This document shows, in pieces, positions 38,847-49,372 of a stretch of DNA of 49,372 bases. The DNA lies in NCBI RefSeq assembly GCF_006345805.1, contig NW_021834393.1, positions 1-49,372 of the forward strand, in the 5' to 3' direction. Position numbers and translations under genes: made by a program. Source of the DNA: Octopus sinensis (Eukaryota). Numbering within the stretch: position 1 is the first letter of the stretch; the number at the start of each line of letters is the position of its first letter. The notes below the pieces were generated by a model. It did not search any database and was not told the DNA's origin. It saw only the letters and a list, made by a program, of their open reading frames with translations.

Positions 38847-39192
38847 TATATATATATATATAATACAAAATAGGACTAGAACGCAAAACATCCAGACAAG
38901 TAGGTGATACAAAAAGGGATAACAAAACATCCAGATAGACGATATAAAAAAACAAGGACGGGTCATTCGAAGCTCTTTATACTCAGTCAAGAATCGGATC
39001 ATCCTCGCAATTTCAGCTGATTAATCTTGAGATTGCTCCAATCTGGCCAGCCCCAAGGAAAAACTAAGCTACGAGCATTAGATTCCTTGGATAAAAGCAT
39101 CGAATGTATACGGAAACAAGGACGGAAAAGCACGATGTTACACGAATATAAATACAATAAATATAATAATAATAATGATAATAATAATAATA

Positions 39193-39238
<46 letters not shown>

Positions 39239-39320
39239 AATAATAACAACAACAACAAAAGCAGGACATAGCAACAGGCGCCTTTCGACTGGGGACGAAT
39301 TAGGGAAAGATAGATAAATG

Positions 39321-39395
<75 letters not shown>

Positions 39396-39712
39396 TAGAA
39401 GGATTGATAGATATTGTCTGCGTGAACTTCTTGGTTATTATTTATAATTATTAACTTCCCAGTGTGTACAAGAATGTCATTATATATCTCTCTTAATTTA
39501 GTAATTCAAACAACAAATTTACGAAGAATATATATTTACTTTGGCTTCTCGTCGTCCTGAGACGTAGTGTCAATAAACATACTGTCGCAATATTAATAAC
39601 ATTAATTGGATAATTATTTGCCTCTAGAAGATTCTTCCAAAGTACATATTTATTTGGGATGTTACCAACTTCGCGTCTCTAAGAGAGTTAACAGTGTTTA
39701 TATGCATCTCTG

Positions 39713-39743
<31 letters not shown>

Positions 39744-40431
39744 CACACCTATATATATATATATACAACAGTAGCACTGTCCTGTATAGGACGCCACATT
39801 TACTTGGCGAATATATTTTACCGATTCCGTACTGTTACTGTTTATATCTCGCTCAGAGATTTAATATAACATATCTCTCTCTTTTACGAGATTAGCGGCA
39901 GTGTGTCATATATATGACACACTGCTATCATATATATATATATATATATGCTATCATATAAGAATATTTTGCGTAATAAGATAAAAAAAACCAAGGCTGT
40001 ATAGATATTAGAGCATTTATAGATAGAAGGTCTTACAGCTGTTTCTAGGATATTAATTAATAATATCCCTTAATCGGAGACGGTGTGAGAGGAAAATTAA
40101 GTCATAGTTAGTTTAGATGTGACACAAAATAGTGAGTGAGGTGAAGGAAAGAAAATAGATGCAAGATATGTATGGGTGTTGAAGTTGTAAATCCATTTTA
40201 TAGGCATAATGGCATATATGCAATATTCCAATATCTTTTGAGTAAAGTCAAAAGTCCAACAGAGTTTACTATGAGTCCTTCCAAATATAAAGTTTATAAG
40301 CAATGTGAGATCCAGCAGATTTTTAAACTTGGTCATTCCCAGTAGAGAATTTATATGCTATCATATAAATATAGCATACAAATTATCATATGATAATATA
40401 TATATATACATATATAAATATTATCATATAT

Positions 40432-40510
<79 letters not shown>

Positions 40511-40519
40511 AATAACAAC

Positions 40520-40671
40520 AAAAGAATGAGACCTCGATATTAGATAAATAGAGGATTATTTATATATGTTATATCTAGAATAACGGTAAAAGGTTGTCAT
40601 TATAGTACTCGAAGTTTCGAATGTTGGTGCAAAGAGCTACGATACATTCTCGTATCGTCATTAATGGCAAC
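40520..40671 (-). mobile_element. Family P1-type pLTR with a decayed HHR
   Basis: Minus strand GTTGCCATTA-ATGACGA..GAATG..CATTC-GAAAC-TTCGA-GTA-CTATAATGACAAC. Confidence 0.55.
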
Positions 40672-41179
40672 AGGGTCTATAAAAAAAAACTGTTGAATAA
40701 AAGGTAGTTAACTGAATTTTGAAAATAGAAATAATATATTTCTAAATCTCTCAGAGAGGTTTATGCAGTAGCAGCACGATAAAGTGATAGTATGTTGTTA
40801 GTTTAATGTGACAATGACTCTGAGACTAGTTTCTGGATGCTGGCTTTGCTGGGTGGAGGTGCTTATCTCCACTTTGAAAACATAAGGACACAGGAAATGG
40901 GTCAAGTCCAACAGGAAACGGTGTTTCCTAGGGCTAAATAACAGTAGCGTTCTTCCTTTTTATGGGACTGTCACATTCAGTTGACAACATACTATCACTT
41001 TACAAGAAAGTTATTCTAATAGGTAGAAAAAGAAAAAAAGCAACAAAAGAAAAAACACACAATTCGACAATCGAAGCTCTGAGTACTATCATGACAAACT
41101 TTTACTGTTTGTTCTAAATTATATATATATAAATAAATAATCCACTATTTATCTAATATCGAGGTCTCATTCTAACTAA

Positions 41180-41520
41180 AAATACTAATGGACCAGCGCA
41201 AGATCGGTTAAGGAAGGGTATTATCCATTTTATGAAAATATTCGATCTTAGCATAACAATAGATACCAATCTGACGGTTGCCAATTTCCTTGGCGTATCT
41301 CTAGATTTACAAATGAATATTTACAAACCGAATAGAAAGCCCAACGATAGTCTTAGTTATATTAATGTAGGTTCCTGCCTACCCTTCACAGTATTTAAGA
41401 ATTCAGTTAAGAATTTCTAGCTTCTCCTCCAATATAAACATGTCTAAAAATACTACCCCACTATATTGCAATGCGCTTAAAGCTAGTAGATTTGAAGAGG
41501 AAATAGTTTACACACCTGTA
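41180..41520 (+). pseudogene. Penelope-like RT C-terminal/thumb fragment
   Basis: NTNGPAQDRLRKGII..FDLSITIDTNLTVANFLGVSLDL..YKPNRKPND..YIN; after a frameshift PLYCNALKASRFEEEIVY. Confidence 0.85.
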
Positions 41521-41524
41521 CATA

Positions 41525-41692
41525 TATACGACGGGCTTCTTTCAGTTTCCGTTTACCAAATCCACTCATAAGGCTTAGGTCGGCTCGAGGCTATGGCAGA
41601 AGACACACTTGCCCAAGGTGCCACGCAGTGGGACTGAAACCGGAACCATGTGGTTGTAAGCAAGCTACTTACAACACAGCCACTCCTGCGCT
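41525..41692 (-). mobile_element. SINE family A, 5' half
   Basis: Match to family A. Confidence 0.85.
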
Positions 41693-41729
41693 TACATATA
41701 TATGTGTATATATATATATTATATATATA

Positions 41730-42660
<931 letters not shown>

Positions 42661-42687
42661 ATATATATATATATATATATATAAATA

Positions 42688-43040
42688 CTAGCAGTATCGC
42701 CCGGCGTTGCTCGGTTTTTAAGGGAATAGCTATAAAGCATTTAGAGAGCTAGAGCCAAAAATAGAAAAAATGGAAAAAAAATTTATGAGTTAAAAAGGTC
42801 GAGTTGCGTCCCCTAGACATTCTGTGCTTTGTGTTTCTGATTCTCGACCCCATGTCGAATTTATCGATTTTTTTCAGAACTGGGGGAACTTTTCAAAATT
42901 TTCGCTGCGTAGTTTTGAATTATGACATTGGGCTATGTGTGTGTCAAGTTTCATCAGAATCGGTTGAAAGCCGTGGTCAGGTGAGGGTACAACCTGACAG
43001 ACACACAGACAACACACACAGACAACTGCCGTTTATATAT

Positions 43041-43043
<3 letters not shown>
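42688..43043 (-). mobile_element. Non-autonomous Helitron
   Basis: 5' TC, subterminal CCGAGCAACGCCGGG hairpin, 3' CTAG, A/T insertion context. Confidence 0.85.
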
Positions 43044-43126
<83 letters not shown>

Positions 43127-44524
43127 TGTATGTATATTACTTTCGCTTCGCAGTATTATGGGCTGTCTTGGATAAAATTAAAAATTGAGGCTTTGAAGAA
43201 AGTTATCACTCTGTGGTGTTGGCAGTGGTGACGGTTGTGGTGGTGGGGGGTGTCATTGTGGTGGTAGCGGTCGTGGTGGTAGCGATCGGTTTGTAATTCT
43301 AGTAATAAATTACTGACACGCATTTACATAGGAATTAAATATCTGAATTATAATTATTAAGACAACGATTAACTAGTTCGTCGTATACATATGACAATCA
43401 AATCGCCACTTTCACTTGACCCTCTTTGCTGTGCTTCGATGAATTCGTTCAGTTTGGTCTGCTTCATACACAAGTGATTGTTAAAAATCTTTATTTAATC
43501 AGCACATTTATTCTCTGAGGCTCGATTTTATGTATTTATTCCGTAGACGAAAGAAAAGAAATGCACAGAAAAAAATAGTTATACGTTTATTCTGTCATAA
43601 TTATTGCTTTTTTTCTTACACTACATTACTGGCAGATGGTTCTATTTGACACAGCTGAAAATAAAACGTATAATAATAATATTAATAATAAAATGGGGTC
43701 CATTAGGTTATCTGTCGGTATGTCTAACGGTATGCTGCCTGAGAACAATACTGTGTATTATTATAGGTGTTGTCGGCTTTTGGATAACTGCTTTAATAAA
43801 TTATCTATTTGTTAGTTATTTGTTATCTTTGCCTTTAACATCATTATTTCGCATAACTGCTCAATTCAAGTAAAAATCTGCGGTTGTCCAGTCATCAATT
43901 TATCGTTGCAGCTAATGAAATAATCTGCAAGACGAAATGCTGCCATGTTCATTCATACAGACATATTTATAAAGTACAGCTAACCTATTTCTGTCTATAA
44001 ACGAAAAATATTAAAGTTTCATGTCTGTAAAGACGCCATATTTCAACTTATCATTTTGAGCTCGACATTTTTTTCCTGCTATGGAAAAATTTGTTGTAAT
44101 CAAGCAATGTTGAGTAACGAAACAAAAACATGACAAAGAAAAAGAAAATGTGATGCGATTACAATTCAAGTTTTATTACAAAGTTTCTGTTAAATCATAA
44201 TAGTAATATATCAAAGTTATAAAGGACTGCGCTGAAACACAATCGCTTGTCTTGTATACGTGATAGCTTGATCTCTTAGGAATAAAAGCGAAATCTCACT
44301 TAAAATCATATTTTTCTTTCTTAGAAAAATAATGAATGGATGATCTCTTTGGATGATGTAACTATATATACATTATGGAACAAATATAGGAACAGAAAAA
44401 AGAAGATGTGATGCTCAAAGCTGGAACATCTTTGACCATTAGTCAGCTCAATCGAAGCTGACTAATGGTACTATATAACAATATGGAATTATCTGTTTCA
44501 AAACGAGATTGAAAATATAGAGTA

Positions 44525-44864
44525 CGTACGTACGTATGTATGTACGTATGTATGTATGTATGTATGTATGTATGTATGTATGTATGTATGTATGTATGTA
44601 TGTATGTATGTATGCATGTATGTATGTATGCATGTATGTATGTATGTTGTATGTATGTATGTATGTATGTATGTATGCATGCATGCATGCATGTATGCAT
44701 GAATGAATGGATGTGTGTATGTATGTCATTATTCAGTTTATTTCAAGACTTCTTGCCAATAGAGAAAGAACCGGTTTCTAAGCTTGATCCAAGGCTCCTT
44801 CATTAGAATTTCAAAATTAACAACAGGGTATTTTTGTATGTATGTATGTATGTATGTATGTATG

Positions 44865-44896
<32 letters not shown>

Positions 44897-45307
44897 TGTA
44901 TTTATGTATGTATGTATGTATGTTTGTTTGTTTGTATGTATGTATGTATGTATGTATGTATGCATGTATGTATGTATGCATGTATGTATGTATGATGTAT
45001 GTATGTATGTAGTATGTATGTATGTATGTATGTATGTATGCATGCATGCATGCATGTATGCATGAATGAATGGATGTGTGTATGTATGTCATTATTCAGT
45101 TTATTTCAAGACTTCTTGCCAATAGAGAAAGAACTGGTTTCTAAGCTTGATCCAAGGCTCCTTCATTAGAATTTCAAAATTAACAACAGGGTATTTTTGT
45201 ATGTATGTATGTATGTATGTATGTATGTATGTATGTATGTATGTATGTATGTATGTATGTATGTATTTATGTATGTATGTATGTATGTTTGTTTGTTTGT
45301 TTGTTTG

Positions 45308-45341
<34 letters not shown>

Positions 45342-45370
45342 TGTATGTATGTATGTATGTATGTATGTAT
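44525..45370. repeat. Expanded (TATG)n array containing a 363-bp tandem duplication of a short insert (about 108 bp)
   Basis: GAATGAATGGATGTGTG..CATTATTCAG..GGGTATTTTTG at about 44701 and 45064. Confidence 0.9.
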
Positions 45371-45374
45371 GAAT

Positions 45375-45762
45375 GTTTTATGTATGTATTCTCATGCATA
45401 TAGTTGCATATCTAGACATGCTCATATATAGATAAATGAAAAACTTCTGGAAAGTTTTACAGATTTTTACAGTTCCAGTAATGAACTAGATCTGTAGTCT
45501 TCATATCAGTTTTCTCCTTTCTGGTTTTGAGAAGCCTAATTTCTCAAGATTGGTATTTAGGCAGTGTGTTACATATCTCAGGGCTCCAATAATTACTGGT
45601 ATAAACCTGAACTTGTAATCTAGATAGAGTAACTGCAGATTTCTCAATAGCTCAGCATAGGTGTTCACTTTTTCACTGATCTTCAGCTTTATGTTAACAT
45701 CCGCTGGGGAGCTAATTTCCACAACTGTGCACAGTTTTTCTTCTCTAACCCAAATCATTATA
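45375..45762 (-). mobile_element. R4/Dong-type RLE 3' end, second copy
   Basis: IWVREEKLCTVVEISSPADVNIKLKISEK..FIPVIIGAL; similar to 16430-17015; 3' end in (TATG)n. Confidence 0.85.
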
Positions 45763-45764
45763 TT

Positions 45765-46050
45765 GAAGCTATTAATTCAAGAGCAGTGTCAGTTATTAGA
45801 TATAGAAATGGAGTTCTGGCCTAGGCAAAAGGCAAAATGCAGAAACTTGAGAGAAAAGCTAGAAAGCTGTTGGTTATCTATGAAGTCCACGATGCGAAAG
45901 CTGATATTAACTGGTTTTGCTTGAAGGGTGATAGAAGCATAATTGCTCTGGAAGAGTGAGTACAGATGGAAAGAAAAGGCCTACTAGAATATTTACAGAA
46001 AAGCACAGAGCAATTACTAGAAGCAGTGCATAAAGAACAAGTGGTCAAAA
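45765..46050 (+). mobile_element. R4/Dong-type post-RT (thumb) region remnant
   Basis: EAINSRAVSVIRY..KLERKARKLL..H..KADI..EE*V..E..GL.EY...STEQLLEAV; two stops. Confidence 0.7.
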
Positions 46051-46308
46051 TTGGAAAAAGAAGAGAGCAAAAATGAAATTCAAAGAAAGCATGTTATTGA
46101 GATGGAAGAGAAATCTTTGCAAAAAAATATAAATACGTCTAAGTACGTGGTCCTCTGAACAGTCACAGCTGTTATAAGGGAGATAAGCATTTCGTCATAA
46201 TATGGTGCAGGATTAGAAACTTGAAATTGAAATTAAAGAATTATAAGGAGAAAGATTCATATAGTGCACATGTTTAATTTTTTGGTTTATTTAATACGAA
46301 TTTTATAA

Positions 46309-46692
46309 TCTCTCTCTATATATAAACGGCAGTTTGTCTGTCTGCGTGTCTGTGTGTCTGTTAGGTTGTACCCTCACCCTGACCACGGCTTTCAACCGAT
46401 TCTGATGAAACTTGACACACACATAGCCCAATGTCATAATTCAAAACTAACGCAGCGAAAATTTTGAAAAGTTCCCCCAGTTCTGAAAAAAATCGATAAA
46501 TTCGACATGGGGTCGAGAATCAGAAACACAAACCACAGACTGTCTAGGGGACGCAACTCGACCTTTTTAACTCTCAAAAAAAATTTACCATAATTTTTTT
46601 CCATTTTTTGCTATTTTTTGGCTATAATTCTCTAAAAATGCTTTATAGTTATTTCCCTTACAAACCCGAGCAATGCCGGGCGATACTGCTAG
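46309..46692 (+). mobile_element. Non-autonomous Helitron, same family as 42688-43043
   Basis: A|TC start, CCCGAGCAATGCCGGG hairpin, CTAG|T end. Confidence 0.85.
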
Positions 46693-47264
46693 TTAGGTAT
46701 AAAACTATTTCATTCTTTTTACAAATCATTTGCATGATATACTCTGTGACTTATTGATTAAGCATATTTTCATTAGAAAAGTGAGACTTTTCATTAGAAA
46801 TGGAAATTATTACAGTTTGGAGGAAATTCATAGAATATTTTTGTTTTGATTTTTTTCTTTTTTTTTTTCGTTTCTTCATAGAACTTTAGACGATTAAGAA
46901 CCGAGAAAATGCAAAGTTCTTAAAGTTTACATACAGAATATTAAATGTTTCCAGGGAATTCTACCTCATGAAATTGTTTTACAGAAGCCAATAATTTCAG
47001 TTGTAGGTACAAACAACTTTTACTTCAATGTAAAATTAGATCTGGTGCTTGAAACGGAAAAGATCCTAATTCTAAACTCCTTGTGAAGGCTATCAATTCA
47101 TGCTGAGTTGAACCTAAACAAGGCTTTTACACTCCAGCTAATACATGTATCACATATACTCAGTAATCTATATTAGAGTTTGAATACAATTTCATGCTCT
47201 TATGACGCGGTCTTTTGTAAATGATAGTAATTTTCTATCATGATACTCTCACCTATGAAGGTAG

Positions 47265-47480
47265 TAGTTAGGGCGTTGAATTGATAATTACAAGTTCGTA
47301 GTTTCGATTCCTGGAGTGGGGCGATGCGTTATATTCTTGAGCAAAACACTTCATTTCACGCTGAGGCTGTTCCAGTTCACGCAGGTGTAAATGTGTAACC
47401 TTCCGATGTCTTGTTCAAGGGAAAACTTGTGATCTCAGTCACTTGTACGCCTCGAAAACCGGGTAACCAGCCCTATAAAT
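47265..47480 (+). mobile_element. Old diverged tRNA-derived SINE (Nin/Deu-like body)
   Basis: GTTTCGATTCC B box; CTTGAGCAAAACACTT..CCAGTTCAC..GTAAATG; tail GAAAACCGGG. Confidence 0.5.
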
Positions 47481-47774
47481 TCTAAGACCCGATGCAGTAC
47501 TTATCTACTCTCATCCTGCTATTTTGAGGGAAAAAGAAAGAGAGATAAAGAGGTTGCGGATTACTCTGTCAAATATAATTTTATTTATTCTTGTTATTTC
47601 GAATTAATCCTGTATTATCTCTTGACACTGAGATTTCGATGATGCGATTGTTTATCATCGAATGACATTATACGATAAGTATGAGAGACCAGATTTGGGC
47701 CGTTTGAACATAAAACAGGTAGAATATTTAAGCCCAGTAAAATCAGTATCCATGCTAAAAGGCTACAAGACATA

Positions 47775-48345
47775 GCGTAGTACCATAGACTCCATAATAC
47801 CATAGACTCCATAATACCATAGACTCCACAACACCATAGACTCCATAACACCACAGATTCCATAACACCATAGACTCCATAACACCATAGACTCCAGACT
47901 CCATAATACCATAGACTCCATAATGCCATAGACTCCATAACACCACGGATTCCATAACACCATAGACTCCATAACACCATAGACTCCAGACTCCATAACA
48001 CCATAGACTCCATAACACCACAGACTCCAGACTCCATAACACCATAGACTCCATAATACCATAGACTCCATAATACCATAGAGTCTATAACACCACGGAT
48101 TCCATAACACCATAGACTCCATAACACCATAGACTCCAGACTCCATAACACCATAGACTCCATAACACCATAGACTCCAGACTCCATAACACCATAGACT
48201 CCATAATACCATAGACTCCATAATACCATAGAGTCCATAACACCACGGATTCCATAACACATAGACTCCATAACACCATAGACTCCAGACTCCATAACAC
48301 CATAGACTCCATAACACCATAGACTCCATGACACCACAGATTCCA
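47775..48345. repeat. 17-bp minisatellite (CACCATAGACTCCATAA) with 24-bp variants and a 150-bp higher-order repeat
   Basis: Variant CACCACGGATTCCATAA recurs at 47941, 48091 and 48241. Confidence 0.95.
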
Positions 48346-48559
48346 GAGTACCATAGAGGGCGTAAGTCTTAATTCTTCAGCTGAATAACTGACATTTTAT
48401 CTGGATTTTTATTGCTATTGAGGAATCTTAAGAAATAAAGTAACTAAATGTTTCTTTTCATCATTTTTTTCACTTGGTCTTAGCTTCTTGGACTCTCAAA
48501 GCTTCTGGAATTTGTACTACTTGTGAAAGACCACATAAATACCAGCAACAGTAACAGAA

Positions 48560-48914
48560 GTGGGTGTGGTGGTGGTGGTTGTGGTGGTGGTGGTTGTGGT
48601 GGTGGTAGTGATGGTGCTGGTGCTGGTGTAGTAGTGATGGTGGTGTAGTGGTCGTCGTGCTGGTCGTGCCGATGGTATAGTACTGGCACTGGTGGTGCTG
48701 GTGGGGTGGTGATGATCCCAGTAGTAGTAGTAGTAGTAGAAGTAGGAGGAGGGGAGAGGAGATATGGTGGTGGGGTAGTAATGTGGTGATGGTGGTGGTA
48801 ATGGTAATGGTGGTAGTGTTTGCGACGTCAGTGATGTTGATTGCAATGTGACGGTGGTAGTAGTAGTAGTAGAAGCAGCAGCAGCAGCAGTAGCAGTAGT
48901 AGTAGTAGTTGTAG

Positions 48915-48967
<53 letters not shown>

Positions 48968-49065
48968 TGGTGGTGGCGGTGATCACCGCGGCGGCGGCAA
49001 CAGCGGTAGTGTGGTGGTCGTGGCGGCCGTAGCGGTGTGTTGAGGATGGTGACGATGGCGGTGGC

Positions 49066-49101
<36 letters not shown>

Positions 49102-49102
49102 C
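48560..49102. repeat. Cryptic (GTG)/(GTA)/(GCA)/(GCG) trinucleotide low-complexity region
   Basis: Direct reading. Confidence 0.9.
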
Positions 49103-49372
49103 GCTGTTGTTCTTGCCTTCACAGGAATATGGCAAGAAGCACAATTAATGATAAAACAAGATGGAAAATAATAATAATAATAATAATAATAATAGAAAAA
49201 AAAGGAAATAGAACAAGGTAGAAAGAGTAGGAAGAATAAGGTCCCCCGTCAAACATAATCGATGGAGGCATGAAGTTGGTGGATGTTTATTGTTCAGAAT
49301 TCAAGATGGCAGACGTGATTTGAGTGAGGGAAGTTCCACTTGAGAAACTAGAAACATAAATGGAGAAGCGAT

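Noticed and set aside
38955-39000. HHR-like motif in a PLE-like repeat (minus strand CTGAGTA..GAATGAC)
   Set aside because: Both conserved boxes deviate and stems are unconvincing
120-41692. Recurrent ORFs such as MLGGQT..RRASFSFRLPNPLTRLWSARGYSRR
   Set aside because: Antisense translations of the non-coding family A SINE, not a gene family
43905-43950. GCAG-CTAATGA..CGAAATG-CTGC hammerhead-like string
   Set aside because: Core mutated, no stem II or III
47615-48354. ORFs of 240 and 188 aa (MESMVLWSLWCYGV repeats) and a CRISPR-like look
   Set aside because: Translations of the minisatellite; no unique spacers and no cas genes

Overview
Repeat-saturated, AT-rich eukaryotic DNA with no host protein-coding gene that I can support. 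It is most likely from a coleoid cephalopod (Octopus); this is inferred from recalled SINE families, not from a search. The window is built from three or four tRNA-derived SINE families (dozens of copies or fragments), long microsatellites and decayed transposons. These include Penelope-like (PLE) coding fragments (N-terminal region, RT thumb, GIY-YIG), R4/Dong-type RLE fragments, a Tigger, a maT/mariner, two non-autonomous Helitrons and a piggyBac-like MITE. There is also a diverged 5S rRNA copy and a 17-bp minisatellite with a 150-bp higher-order repeat. The most interesting layer is invisible in the ORF track: several minimal type I hammerhead ribozymes (HHRs) in short (TA)n-flanked elements arranged as tandem and fold-back repeats. 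One inverted copy starts exactly at the predicted ribozyme cleavage site. A decayed PLE ORF also appears to carry an N-terminal Ulp1/SUMO-protease-like domain in frame. All protein and RNA assignments come from manual motif reading; no searches or folding were run.
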